Shown one piece after another: positions 39,243 to 49,351 of a stretch of DNA of 50,579 nucleotides. The position numbers and the translations under genes are program-made. Within the stretch, counting starts at the first letter, position 1. Each line of letters starts with the position of its first letter. This DNA comes from an uncultured Clostridium sp. Its GTDB lineage: Bacteria > Cyanobacteriota > Vampirovibrionia > Gastranaerophilales > Gastranaerophilaceae. The stretch covers positions 1 to 50,579 of the forward strand of contig CAUDIU010000001.1 in the NCBI GenBank assembly GCA_958449715.1, written 5' to 3'. The notes under the pieces were generated by a model. The model did not search any database, was not told where the DNA came from, and saw nothing but the letters and a program-made list of their open reading frames with translations.

Positions 39243-39879
39243 TTTTTACCCCTTCTTTTTTTAAAGTAGAAAATTCTTTTAACCATTTATCCAAAAGTCC
39301 CATATTACTTTGAATCTCTCCGACATTAATACCTTTTCCCATTTCAACTGCACCTGTTTCTTTTGCAAAAAATGAAAGTTTTGTAGATATAGAACCTATT
39401 TTATCAAACATATCATTCAACAAACCTAAAGAATCATGTAAGCGCTTAGGAGATTGAACAACAATCAATTTATTTTCTGCAATACTTTCATCTGTCGGAG
39501 GATAAATTTCTAAAGATTTAGATCCTCCCATACCGTTAAACTCAACAGTTGCGATAGAACCTTTTGGCAATTCAATATCTTTTGCAGTTATAACAATTTT
39601 TAAATAAACTTCATTAGAAACGATTTTAACCTTCTCAATATATCCGACCGGAACCCCCATAAACTTGACAGGAGAACCAACAATTAAGCCATCTACATCA
39701 GGCATAAAAATCTGATATGTAACAAGCTCTTTTTCCTTGTGATAATGGTGAATTTTAATACCAGCCACTGCAACACATAATACAAAAAACCAAATAACGA
39801 ATTCTATTAAAATATATTTGTGAATTCCGTCAAAAATTTTCATAAGCCAATTATACAACAATTCATATTTTTTTGCCAC
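39214..39879 (-). CDS. MlaD/MCE-family protein
   Basis: N-terminal TM; DVDGLIVGSPVKFMGVPVGYI; GMGGSKSLEI. Confidence 0.85.
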   Translation of the reverse strand: MAKKYELLYNWLMKIFDGIHKYILIEFVIWFFVLCVAVAGIKIHHYHKEKELVTYQIFMPDVDGLIVGSPVKFMGVPVGYIEKVKIVSNEVYLKIVITAKDIELPKGSIATVEFNGMGGSKSLEIYPPTDESIAENKLIVVQSPKRLHDSLGLLNDMFDKIGSISTKLSFFAKETGAVEMGKGINVGEIQSNMGLLDKWLKEFSTLKKEGVKNEQRESQNN

Positions 39880-39944
39880 TTGCCAAATTTTTTTTTGTAT
39901 TATAGTATTAAATATATATTAAACAAAAAGTGAGGTTTTAACTT

Positions 39945-40187
39945 ATGATGGATCAAATAATAAGAGTTGCATGGGATTTAAACGAAAATACCGACAACAG
40001 ATATCAATTAGTATATGAAATTGCAGAGCTTGCAAAAAAACTTGTAGATGAAAACCAAGCTAAAAAAGCTCATGATGATTTCAATTTTGAAGAAAATTTT
40101 GACACAACTTATAAAAAAGAAAATCCTGTGGAACATGCCATAATGGTTAAAGCTGCAGAAGCTGATGATGACCGTTTAGTAGGTTAA
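39945..40187 (+). CDS. rpoZ: RNA polymerase omega subunit (cyanobacterial type)
   Basis: 80 aa; NRYQLV..IA..AK and NPVEHAI match the omega signatures NRY...A.RA and KPV..AI. Confidence 0.7.
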   Translation: MMDQIIRVAWDLNENTDNRYQLVYEIAELAKKLVDENQAKKAHDDFNFEENFDTTYKKENPVEHAIMVKAAEADDDRLVG

Positions 40188-40216
40188 TTTCACTAAACAA
40201 ATGGATAAAGTTTTAT

Positions 40217-40246
40217 AAAAAAGTTAGAGATTACTCTAACTTTTTT
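40217..40246 (+). terminator. intrinsic terminator after rpoZ
   Basis: AAAAAAGTTAGAG-atta-CTCTAACTTTTTT. Confidence 0.85.
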
Positions 40247-40268
40247 AATGGGGAAAAGGAGTTTATAT

Positions 40269-41069
40269 ATGCAAAACACAATCGAATTTATCAGGGAAAA
40301 AACTAACGATTTTAAACCGGAAATAGCTATTGTACTAGGCTCAGGACTTGGAGAACTAGCTGATGAATACTGTGATTATGCGATTCCTTATAATGAAATC
40401 CCTGACTTTATTAAATCTACTGTACATGGACATAAAGGGAGATTAGTTTTTGCAGAAATTCAAGGCAAAAAAGTTTTAATGATGCAAGGACGTAACCATT
40501 TTTATGAAGGACATTCCATGCAGGAAATAACATATCCTATTAAAGTAATGAAAGCTCTTGGAATAAAAACTCTAATTCTTACAAACGCAGCAGGAGCTGT
40601 AAACGAAGAATACAGACCTGCAGATTTAATGTTAATAACTGATCATATAAATCATATGGGCTCAAATCCTCTTATAGGACCAAATGATGAAAAATTAGGG
40701 GAACGATTCCCTGATATGACAGAAGTTTATAAAAAATCATTAATCAAAATAGCTGAAAAATGTGCTAAAGATCTAAATATAGATATAAAAAAAGGTGTAT
40801 ATTGGGCAAATTCCGGACCATCATATGAAACACCTGCAGAAATAAAAATGATTAGAAAACTCGGCGGAGATGCTGTTGGAATGTCTACTGTACCGGAAGC
40901 TATCGTCGGGAATTATTGCGGATTAAATATCTTAGGTATAAGCTGCATTACAAATGCTGCAAGCTCAGAAACCAGCGGAAAATTATCTCATGAAGAAGTT
41001 ATAGAAGCAGCAAATAGTGCAAAATTAAAATTTAAAAGCCTGATTTTATCAGTATTACAGCATTTATAA
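40269..41069 (+). CDS. punA: purine nucleoside phosphorylase (trimeric PNP I family)
   Basis: VLGSGLG, GHKG, GRNHFYEG, TNAAG, GPSYETPAE, VGMSTVPE. ATG 40269 follows AAGGAG. Confidence 0.9.
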   Translation: MQNTIEFIREKTNDFKPEIAIVLGSGLGELADEYCDYAIPYNEIPDFIKSTVHGHKGRLVFAEIQGKKVLMMQGRNHFYEGHSMQEITYPIKVMKALGIKTLILTNAAGAVNEEYRPADLMLITDHINHMGSNPLIGPNDEKLGERFPDMTEVYKKSLIKIAEKCAKDLNIDIKKGVYWANSGPSYETPAEIKMIRKLGGDAVGMSTVPEAIVGNYCGLNILGISCITNAASSETSGKLSHEEVIEAANSAKLKFKSLILSVLQHL

Positions 41070-41140
41070 AAAATTTGTTAAATACTGTAAATTTTGTATA
41101 TACTGCCACTTGTCAAAAAAACATGTTCAGTTAAAAATAC

Positions 41141-43666
41141 ATGACGGGAAGGAAAAAGACAATGCTTATAGGAAGATTAACGAACTACGACACAGTGAAA
41201 CAACGACAAAAGTCAGCAGGAGAATTATCTCCAAAACATGTTCCTCTTTCTTCCGAGTTCATGTCATCAAAAAATTTAATAAACGAGAGACCTTTAAAAA
41301 GTATTTCAACCGATTTATCTTTTAAAGGTCTTTCTTTTAATGGGGATAAAAAACAACCTCCAAAAGATGACAAAATGAAACCACTTCTTTACACTGTAGG
41401 AACTTTAATAGCTACTGGCTTAGCTTTAAGATTTGCACCAAGCTATAAAAAAGCTGGTGAATACAGCGTTAATGAATTCTTGCAATTTGCAAAAAAACAT
41501 ACAGGAATAGAAAAAATTGGCAAAAACGGAGAAAAAATTCAATCTTCGATTGGTCAAGAATTATTTGAAAGTGTCAGAGATTCTGAACTTACAAAGAAAA
41601 TGGTTGAAATCAACGGAGATAAAATCACTTTCAACAAAAAGACTATTCCACAACTTATTTGGGACGGCTTAATTTATCCTGTAAAAATTCTACCAGCAGA
41701 TATTTTAAACGGAATTGTTACATTAGCAGGAAAAATCAAACCACTTAAAGGTTGGGCAGACAAAACACTTCAACAACCATTCTTCAAATCTATAAGACAA
41801 CGTTCAAAAGTTGATGCAAAAGTAAATTCTTTACGCGGCTTATTTGAAACAATGAAAGATGTGAAAGGAAAATCTGATGCTGAAATTTCATCTAAAATAT
41901 TCAGACAATCAGTAAAAATGTTTGACCCAAAAACAGGAAACTATGATACAAAACATGAAAGATCACTAAACAGATTAGTATCAGGTCTTCCTCCTGCAAT
42001 ATTCCTTGCAAACGATGCTTATAACCTATCAAGAATGATGGATGATGACAAAAAAGCAGCATCTCACGAACAAAAAGTAAGATTTAACCAAGAAATGGCA
42101 AGAATTGGCTTCAATGCATACATAACACTTGTAACATTAGGAGCTTTAAACAAATACATCAACAATTCTAAAATGGGTATTATGTTGATGACAGCTTTAA
42201 CAACGCTTACAACAGAAGCATTCTCTCGTGTAATCAACGGTAAACACATTACAAGATTAACTCCAGAAGAAGCAAGAGCTGAAAATGAAAAAAATCATGC
42301 ACCAGAAGCTAATATTAAACCTGATTTATCATTCAAAGCATCAGAAAACAAAGAAGATAAAGAAAAACAACAAAAACCTCTACTATCATTAAACACAGTA
42401 CTTAAAGCAGTAGGTGTAATTATTGGCGGAGGATTTGCAGTAAAAGGCCTTAGAAAAGTTTCTTCAATAGATAATGCTTGGAAATCATTCTCTGGCTACT
42501 TCAAAAGACATTATAATGATTTAACACAAATTAAGGATTACAGAATTTCAAAAGAAAAATTCAACGAAATTACTAAAGTACTTGATAAAAACGGCTTCAA
42601 TAATTTAGCTGAAGAATATAGAAACATCGCAAAAACAGCAACAAATCCTGACGGTACAATAAGTCTTGGGGCAAAAGATAAGAAAATTAAACCATTCGTT
42701 AACTTCTTCTTAGCTCCATTCAAATTTGTATGGAAATACGGAACATTACCATACACTGTAATTGATGACGCGATCAAATCACTAAGCAAAAAATCAAGTT
42801 TCTTAAAATTAGATATAAAGGACAAAAATACTCTTAGCACAATTGTAAAAAATTATGCAAAAGAAAAAAATGTTCCAGACGCAAAAGCTTTTGAAGAATT
42901 TATACAAAATGTTTCAAGCGGAAAAATTGCAAAAAATACAAAATTATCAGCAGATGAAGAAGAATTGCTAAGAAGAATTTCAAATGTATCATCTCTTGCA
43001 AAAAGTATTGAAAACATCGGACATCAAGCAGCTAAAAAGAACTTATCACCAAAAGAATTCCAAGATTATGTAAAAGACAATATCCTAAAATCATTTAACG
43101 TAGATACAATGTCTAACGTATCTAACAGTGAATTATCAAACCTTGCAAAAACAGCAGCTCTGGCTGCTACAATCTGGTTCCTTATGACAGATAACTACAA
43201 CATGGTAATGTTGAAATCAAACGGTAACGATGTCGAAGGTGCTAAAACAAAATTCAAAGAAAGATTTGTACAAGAAGGTTCAAGATTGTTCTATCAAACA
43301 CTATTAATTGACCTATTCAACAGCACATTCAGCAAACAATACCACCAATCATTATTCGGAATGAGCTGGATTACATTCACAAATACAACAATAGGTGAAT
43401 GGCTGACAAGAAAATCAGTAGGTGTTGCAGTAGGAACACACTCAAGAGATCAATTAATTGCTCTTGAAGAAAAACAAGATAAAGCAACAGGCTTCACTAG
43501 AAAATACTATGACTTTATGAAACGATTAACAGGTAAACGATCAATAAAATCTTATGAAGTTGCACCTAAAAATTCAGAAACTAAAATAGATAATAAACAA
43601 GAAACTAAACAACAAGATATAAATTTTACAAATAATTCAAAACTTTCAAAAATGATTAGGAGTTAA
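41141..43666 (+). CDS. large hypothetical membrane-associated protein with internal duplication
   Basis: 841-aa ORF; two homologous halves, each starting DLSFK...KPLL. Confidence 0.8.
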   Translation: MTGRKKTMLIGRLTNYDTVKQRQKSAGELSPKHVPLSSEFMSSKNLINERPLKSISTDLSFKGLSFNGDKKQPPKDDKMKPLLYTVGTLIATGLALRFAPSYKKAGEYSVNEFLQFAKKHTGIEKIGKNGEKIQSSIGQELFESVRDSELTKKMVEINGDKITFNKKTIPQLIWDGLIYPVKILPADILNGIVTLAGKIKPLKGWADKTLQQPFFKSIRQRSKVDAKVNSLRGLFETMKDVKGKSDAEISSKIFRQSVKMFDPKTGNYDTKHERSLNRLVSGLPPAIFLANDAYNLSRMMDDDKKAASHEQKVRFNQEMARIGFNAYITLVTLGALNKYINNSKMGIMLMTALTTLTTEAFSRVINGKHITRLTPEEARAENEKNHAPEANIKPDLSFKASENKEDKEKQQKPLLSLNTVLKAVGVIIGGGFAVKGLRKVSSIDNAWKSFSGYFKRHYNDLTQIKDYRISKEKFNEITKVLDKNGFNNLAEEYRNIAKTATNPDGTISLGAKDKKIKPFVNFFLAPFKFVWKYGTLPYTVIDDAIKSLSKKSSFLKLDIKDKNTLSTIVKNYAKEKNVPDAKAFEEFIQNVSSGKIAKNTKLSADEEELLRRISNVSSLAKSIENIGHQAAKKNLSPKEFQDYVKDNILKSFNVDTMSNVSNSELSNLAKTAALAATIWFLMTDNYNMVMLKSNGNDVEGAKTKFKERFVQEGSRLFYQTLLIDLFNSTFSKQYHQSLFGMSWITFTNTTIGEWLTRKSVGVAVGTHSRDQLIALEEKQDKATGFTRKYYDFMKRLTGKRSIKSYEVAPKNSETKIDNKQETKQQDINFTNNSKLSKMIRS

Positions 43667-43670
43667 TAAA

Positions 43671-44120
43671 ATGATTCAAAAAATTAATTCTTCAGACAAT
43701 AAATACAATCTTAAACAAAATATAATCCTTGCATCTATTGGTGGAACAGCTTTAGGAGCAATAGAAGCAAACGAAACTAGAAAAGAGTTAATATCTACAA
43801 AAGAATCATTTAAATTTTTACTCAAAACTTTATTTTATAATAAAGAACATAATAATGCTATTGATGAATATTTTAAATCAGAATTAGAAAAGATAAGTTT
43901 TAAACACATAAAAGAAAAGACTCAAAAAAGTATAGATGAATACTACCAAAATACAGCTAAATTAATTAAAAAGACTAAACAAGATTATAAAAATAACATA
44001 AAAGACATAAAATCAAAAGCACCTTTAAAGATTGCACTAAAAACGTTAGGCGGTGCAGCTATAGGCCTAGGTATAAGCCTTTTAATCAACTACATTAAAG
44101 ATAAAACAAAGAAGAAGTAA
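43671..44120 (+). CDS. hypothetical protein with Gly-rich hydrophobic ends
   Basis: IILASIGGTALGA and LGGAAIGLGISLLI; co-oriented 4 bp after the 841-aa gene. Confidence 0.65.
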   Translation: MIQKINSSDNKYNLKQNIILASIGGTALGAIEANETRKELISTKESFKFLLKTLFYNKEHNNAIDEYFKSELEKISFKHIKEKTQKSIDEYYQNTAKLIKKTKQDYKNNIKDIKSKAPLKIALKTLGGAAIGLGISLLINYIKDKTKKK

Positions 44121-44301
44121 TATAACTTGTTTTTTGAGGATTAATCTCTTTATTGTTATTCTGCCAAAAGAAAAATCCAACAGCGATAGCTGCGACAAGA
44201 ATTATAATCAAAAAGATTTTTGTTAAAATTGCAAAAATCTTTCCGATTATAAAAAGAACGATTATTATACCTAAACCTATTAATAAAAAAGTAAAATCCA
44301 T
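44095..44301 (-). CDS. small membrane protein
   Basis: 68 aa, two hydrophobic helices; ATG abuts the plsY stop. Confidence 0.6.
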   Translation of the reverse strand: MDFTFLLIGLGIIIVLFIIGKIFAILTKIFLIIILVAAIAVGFFFWQNNNKEINPQKTSYITSSLFYL

Positions 44302-44907
44302 TTATCTAACCTTATTTTCTTCACCTTTGATAAGTCTTTGAATATTTGAACGATGAAGCCATATTATATACAAAGCTCCTAATGTGCAATAGCCTACATA
44401 AGCGATTGGAGCTTTAAACGCCCACATAATAAAAGGAGAAAGAGCTAAAGCGATAATAGAGCCTACAGATACATATCTTGAGAAAAATGTAATTACTGCC
44501 CATATAGCTGCAATAATTAATCCAACCTGCCAATTTAGAGCCAAAATAGTTCCGACTCCTGATGCCACTGATTTACCTCCTGTAAACTTCAAAAATATTG
44601 ATTTACTATGACCTAGAATTACGGCAATAGCAGCTAATACAGGCAATAGACCAATTCCTGTGAAAGATTTTGCAAACATTGCAGCCAATACAACAGGCAA
44701 AGCTCCTTTAAAAGCATCTAATAAAAGAGTTATAAAAAACCATTTTTTACCCATAACTCTTTTCACATTAGTAGCACCTGTAGAACCTGAACCAATAGTT
44801 CTAATATCTTCCCCGGTAAAAGCTTTTACGATTATATACCCTGTAGGTATAGATCCAATTATATATGCGCTGATTACAACCGCTAATAATTCCAATATTT
44901 TTTCCAT
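44302..44907 (-). CDS. plsY: glycerol-3-phosphate acyltransferase PlsY
   Basis: YIIGSIP, DIRTIGSGSTGATNV, DAFKG, GHS...FTGGKSVA, HRSNIQRL. Confidence 0.95.
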   Translation of the reverse strand: MEKILELLAVVISAYIIGSIPTGYIIVKAFTGEDIRTIGSGSTGATNVKRVMGKKWFFITLLLDAFKGALPVVLAAMFAKSFTGIGLLPVLAAIAVILGHSKSIFLKFTGGKSVASGVGTILALNWQVGLIIAAIWAVITFFSRYVSVGSIIALALSPFIMWAFKAPIAYVGYCTLGALYIIWLHRSNIQRLIKGEENKVR

Positions 44908-44982
44908 AATTCCCCTCTCTTGTATGACAGATTATAACAAAGATGTTGTAATAATTCAACAATCTATTATAATATATAAATA

Positions 44983-45801
44983 ATGAAAAAGTTTTTAGTT
45001 TTATTTTTATGTCTTCAATTTATCTTTCTTCCAGCTTTTGCTGAATATGATTTTTCAGACGAAGCGCAAGCAGAATTTGATAGAAAATATAAACAATTTC
45101 ATATCAATAGCACTGATTTTTCTAAAAAAAGAAATAAAACAGAAATTAAAAATAACAACAATGAAAGAACTAATTACTCTCCTATTGAATTAAAGCAAGA
45201 AACTCCAATTAATCTTGAAATAAAAGCAACACCAAATAAAACTCTTACAGGCTCTGTAATAGAAATTCCTGAAGGTACAACTTTTTATATAACATTTGAT
45301 TCTGGTATAAATTCAGGAAGTCTTGAAAAAAATGACAGACTAATTGCCTCTCTTACAAAAGATTTTATATATAACGGACTACTTATTGCGCCTGCAGGAA
45401 GTCTTGTATATGGGAATGCGACTTATGCAAAAAATGCAGGATACGCTTATGGAAGCGGAGCTTTAGAAATTAATTTCAATCAAATTATCACCCCTGATGG
45501 TAATATAATTGCAATCTCTACAGAAAAAATTTATATGGAAGAAAAAAGTGAACGTGCAAAAAAAATGAGTAGAGATATGCTAATCGGGGCATTAGGCAGT
45601 ATGGTAGTAGGAACCATTTTTACTGCAATAGGCGGAGGCGATGATTGGGGTAGAAATATGTTAATATATGGCGGGCTCGGAGCTGCAGGTGGTGGCATTA
45701 GAGGAGCATTGCAAAGAGGCGAAGATGTTGATATTCCTGATGGCACTACAATTGAGCTTAAACTCAGTCTACCGTTAAATGTTTCTCCATACAATAAATG
45801 A
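44983..45801 (+). CDS. exported protein with TrbI/VirB10-like beta domain and glycine zipper
   Basis: Signal peptide ending AFA; IPEGT...APAGSLVYG...GGLGAAGGG...GEDVDIPDGT. Confidence 0.6.
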   Translation: MKKFLVLFLCLQFIFLPAFAEYDFSDEAQAEFDRKYKQFHINSTDFSKKRNKTEIKNNNNERTNYSPIELKQETPINLEIKATPNKTLTGSVIEIPEGTTFYITFDSGINSGSLEKNDRLIASLTKDFIYNGLLIAPAGSLVYGNATYAKNAGYAYGSGALEINFNQIITPDGNIIAISTEKIYMEEKSERAKKMSRDMLIGALGSMVVGTIFTAIGGGDDWGRNMLIYGGLGAAGGGIRGALQRGEDVDIPDGTTIELKLSLPLNVSPYNK

Positions 45802-45856
45802 TTGCGAGTAACTTAAAAATATGATATATTATTTTTAGCAAATAGTTTTATTATAA

Positions 45857-46543
45857 TTGGATATTAATATGAAATTAAATAAAAGATTGGTTACATTAGG
45901 ATTATTAATACTGGTATTATCAGTTGCCTTAAAATTTATCTGGACAGGTTTAAAACAAATTAAAGTTGATGATTTTCACCCTGCAGCAGTTATTTTTGTT
46001 ATAGATTCTTCTGCTTCTAATCAAAAACACTTGCCAGACCAGAAAAAAACTTTAAGACAAGTTTGCAATCTATTGGATCCTGAAGATCAAATTAAAATTT
46101 TAAGAGTTTCTGAAGATGCATATTTGATTTATGAAGGTAGCCCAATGAATGGAAGTACCATTACAAAATCAATGGATGCATTCACAAAATATGATGAAAA
46201 AGATTATGGTACAGCATATGGTACTGGCTTAAAAAAAGCCTTTTCTCATGCACTTACAATGAAAAAAAATGGATATGTTCCAGCTGTTGTTGTAATAGGC
46301 GATCTTGAAAATGAAGGAGCTATAGAAAAACAAATTAACTGGGATATTTTACCTAAAAATGTTCAAAACGTAAAGAAATATGCACCTGACATCTCAATGA
46401 TGTTCTTAGATGCACACCCTGCAAAACTTGATTTAGTAAAAGAAAAACTGACACCAGTTTTAGGAGAAAATCACTTGATTGTTGCTCCAAAACAAAACAT
46501 TGATAAATCAATCAGAAGATTTCTTCACGCATTAGGGAGATAA
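45857..46543 (+). CDS. membrane-anchored VWA-domain protein
   Basis: N-terminal TM; MIDAS-like FVIDSSAS, GT, VVIGD. Confidence 0.7.
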   Translation: MDINMKLNKRLVTLGLLILVLSVALKFIWTGLKQIKVDDFHPAAVIFVIDSSASNQKHLPDQKKTLRQVCNLLDPEDQIKILRVSEDAYLIYEGSPMNGSTITKSMDAFTKYDEKDYGTAYGTGLKKAFSHALTMKKNGYVPAVVVIGDLENEGAIEKQINWDILPKNVQNVKKYAPDISMMFLDAHPAKLDLVKEKLTPVLGENHLIVAPKQNIDKSIRRFLHALGR

Positions 46544-46577
46544 AAAGTTTTAATTTAACAATAAAAGAGGAAAATTA

Positions 46578-48191
46578 ATGGCTATAGTAATATCAACTTC
46601 ACAAGGTGAAAAAGTATTCAACAAAGATGTTATAAATGTTGGTACAAATCCAAACTGCGACATAATTTTAAATACAGGATATGATGTTTTACTAACTTTA
46701 GAATATAAAGCTTCAGAAAACAAATGCATTATTATTAATACATTTAAAAATAATAAAGTCCTGTTCAAAGGTCAACCAATAAAACGAGTTGAAGTTGGAA
46801 ATGTATGTAAACTTATGTTTGCAGAAACTAATGAATTTTTAAGTGTAAAAATTATAGCAGAAGCTCCTGTTAATAATACTAAAACAATAACCTCAATCGC
46901 TAAAGAAGATTTAACAGAAGAAGATATGAAAAAACTGTATGGTAAAGATGTAAATGCAGTTACTAAAGTTAAACTTGAAAAACAAAAAGAAGACTTAGAA
47001 GATGCAAGAGTTGCAATTATCAAACAAGTAGCTTTTCATATCAATGATTTAAAACAAAAATTATCCACAAATTCTAAAACAAGTATTTTCTTACATATAG
47101 CAATGTTTTTAAGTGCTATGGTATGTGCATTTGGTGTTTCAAATTACCTTATGGGACTTGAAATCAAAGAATCAGCAAACTTTTTACATATGCCGACTAA
47201 CATAAAAGTTTGGGGCGTATATACTATTTTGATTTATGGAATATGTTTGCTTTTAAAACAAGGAATTTATCTATATTTACAAAGTAATATTCAAAAAGAA
47301 ATGTCTAAATCAGCAAAATTAGGACAAAGTTTTATGCTGATTTTCTCATTAATATTTGTACTTGGAATTTATGTAGTAAACCTTATTTATTACATGAATT
47401 TGAATGATTTTATGACATTTGCTATTTTTATCTCGTTCTTTTTCTCAGGTATAATGGCTGTTCTCGCCATAAGTTGCGGATATTTCAAATGTAACGGTAT
47501 GGAATGGGCTATGACACTTGATAAATATGAATATAGAGAAGACTTTGAAAGTGTTATAAAATCTTACAGACAATGGATTGAAAGATATATTAACAGTTTA
47601 AGTAATTCTAAATTGCAATATATAAAAGACAAAATGTTCAACCTTCAATTAAAATCAATCGGAGAAATTGTTGTTGGGATATTGACCGCACCATTTTTGG
47701 CTTACGGTGTATCAAATACTCTTGCAATGTGCTTTCCTGAAGCTGCAGGTTGGGTTAGAATTTCAGGATTAAGAATAAGTCCAGTATTTTTAACTCTTGC
47801 GACATTTTTAATTATTTTTGCATTCTTCTCTTTTGTAAATGCATTTTTCTGTACAAAAAAAATTCAAGGATCACAAGTAATTAAACAAGACGGTTTTTCT
47901 GATTATCAGCACCATGGAGTTACAATATACGGACTTGAAGGTGTAAGAAGATTAAATTCAGAGAAAAACAGATCTCTTGCAATCGCTTGTGCAATTATAT
48001 TTATTGAATTTGCAATGAACGTATCATATTTTATGACAGAAATAGGCGGAGATATGCAGGGAATGTTTTTAAGTTTAGTAGCAGCACTTGTACCTACTGC
48101 ACTTTTAATTGCAGAAACAATGATGTTAAGCCAAACAAAATTTGATATTTATGCTTGTGACGAATTATTGGCAAAAGTTGATAAAGATTAA
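46578..48191 (+). CDS. membrane protein with N-terminal FHA-like beta domain
   Basis: INVGTNPNCDIIL FHA-like start, coiled coil, about 8 TM segments. Confidence 0.6.
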   Translation: MAIVISTSQGEKVFNKDVINVGTNPNCDIILNTGYDVLLTLEYKASENKCIIINTFKNNKVLFKGQPIKRVEVGNVCKLMFAETNEFLSVKIIAEAPVNNTKTITSIAKEDLTEEDMKKLYGKDVNAVTKVKLEKQKEDLEDARVAIIKQVAFHINDLKQKLSTNSKTSIFLHIAMFLSAMVCAFGVSNYLMGLEIKESANFLHMPTNIKVWGVYTILIYGICLLLKQGIYLYLQSNIQKEMSKSAKLGQSFMLIFSLIFVLGIYVVNLIYYMNLNDFMTFAIFISFFFSGIMAVLAISCGYFKCNGMEWAMTLDKYEYREDFESVIKSYRQWIERYINSLSNSKLQYIKDKMFNLQLKSIGEIVVGILTAPFLAYGVSNTLAMCFPEAAGWVRISGLRISPVFLTLATFLIIFAFFSFVNAFFCTKKIQGSQVIKQDGFSDYQHHGVTIYGLEGVRRLNSEKNRSLAIACAIIFIEFAMNVSYFMTEIGGDMQGMFLSLVAALVPTALLIAETMMLSQTKFDIYACDELLAKVDKD

Positions 48192-48193
48192 TT

Positions 48194-49024
48194 ATGGATT
48201 TTTTAAAAATATTTGTTGTAATATCATTTCTTATAGTAACAGTACTTACGCTTAAATTTCATCCCAAAATGCACCTGCCATTAATTATAGAAGATGAAAA
48301 CTTTAAGTTGACAAGAATTAGTGATACTATATCAACAAAAAATATTCCAATAAATCCGACATTAAACAATCAAAATTCTCAAAATAATCAAGAACAAATA
48401 GAAGTTAATATTCAACAACAACCAATACAACAAGAACAAACTAAATATGTATCATCTGGAAATACTAACCCAATACAAAATGAAAAAGAAGTAAAATATA
48501 ACACAAATCAAAATGAAAATATTTCACAAATCGAACTTCTCCAATATCTTTTAAATGAAGTTGAAAAAGAATACAACAAACAGACAAATCAACCTCAACA
48601 AAATACAGAACAACAAGTAAATACCCAAAATTCAACAACTGGCAATTTCAACAATCCATACATGACAGAACAAGAAGAAATTATTGCTTGGAACAGATGG
48701 AGAAGTAACGTTCATAATCAAATAATGAGAGATTCTAATATTGCATATGCTCCAATAGGTACAATGTTTTCTTTTAACTTTGTTGTTGATAAATTTGGGA
48801 ATATTTCAAATATAAAAGTAGATTGTTCTGATCCAAATTACATGGATATTGCCAGATATAATGTAAAAAAAGCAATAACTAAATTACAAAATCAACCAAT
48901 TCTAAATTTTCCCAAAGGTACTCAAAGAAAATCTACAGTCGTACAAGGTTATTTCTTTATAGGATTTGAAGAAAGATATTCTACTCCAAGCAATTTTTCA
49001 GATTATGAAAGGGTAACGTACTAA
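48194..49024 (+). CDS. TonB/TolA C-terminal-like protein
   Basis: N-terminal TM, Q/N-rich linker, FVVDKFGNISNIKV. Confidence 0.55.
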   Translation: MDFLKIFVVISFLIVTVLTLKFHPKMHLPLIIEDENFKLTRISDTISTKNIPINPTLNNQNSQNNQEQIEVNIQQQPIQQEQTKYVSSGNTNPIQNEKEVKYNTNQNENISQIELLQYLLNEVEKEYNKQTNQPQQNTEQQVNTQNSTTGNFNNPYMTEQEEIIAWNRWRSNVHNQIMRDSNIAYAPIGTMFSFNFVVDKFGNISNIKVDCSDPNYMDIARYNVKKAITKLQNQPILNFPKGTQRKSTVVQGYFFIGFEERYSTPSNFSDYERVTY

Positions 49025-49164
49025 TGAATGTAACTAAAATTGCACTAATTACAATTATATTTTTAATCATTCTTGCAGTAGTAACATCTATTGCTGCGAA
49101 TATGAAACCACAAATGCATAAAACTATTATGCTTGAAAATATTATATTTAAAAGGAGCAAATAA
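49024..49164 (+). CDS. small membrane protein (46 aa)
   Basis: Manual translation: TAATG coupling to the previous gene; MNVTKIALITIIFLIILAVVTSIAANMKPQMHKTIMLENIIFKRSK*. Confidence 0.6.
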   Translation: MNVTKIALITIIFLIILAVVTSIAANMKPQMHKTIMLENIIFKRSK

Positions 49165-49344
49165 GTGCTTAAAATCATTTTAATTACACTTTGTATGTTA
49201 ATAGAAATACCATTTATTTTTAAATACATAAAAGCTAAAAAAGAGTTTGATATAATTAGACAAACTGCAATAATAATTATAATGACAATAATTATATTAA
49301 TCTTTTTTGGTATTTATAAATTAAGTTTATTTATGATAGGATAA
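49165..49344 (+). CDS. small two-TM protein (59 aa)
   Basis: Manual translation: GTG right after the previous stop, AGGAG upstream; VLKIILITLCMLIEIPFIFKY...IIIIMTIIILIFFGIYKLSLFMIG*. Confidence 0.55.
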   Translation: MLKIILITLCMLIEIPFIFKYIKAKKEFDIIRQTAIIIIMTIIILIFFGIYKLSLFMIG

Positions 49345-49351
49345 TCTTGTT

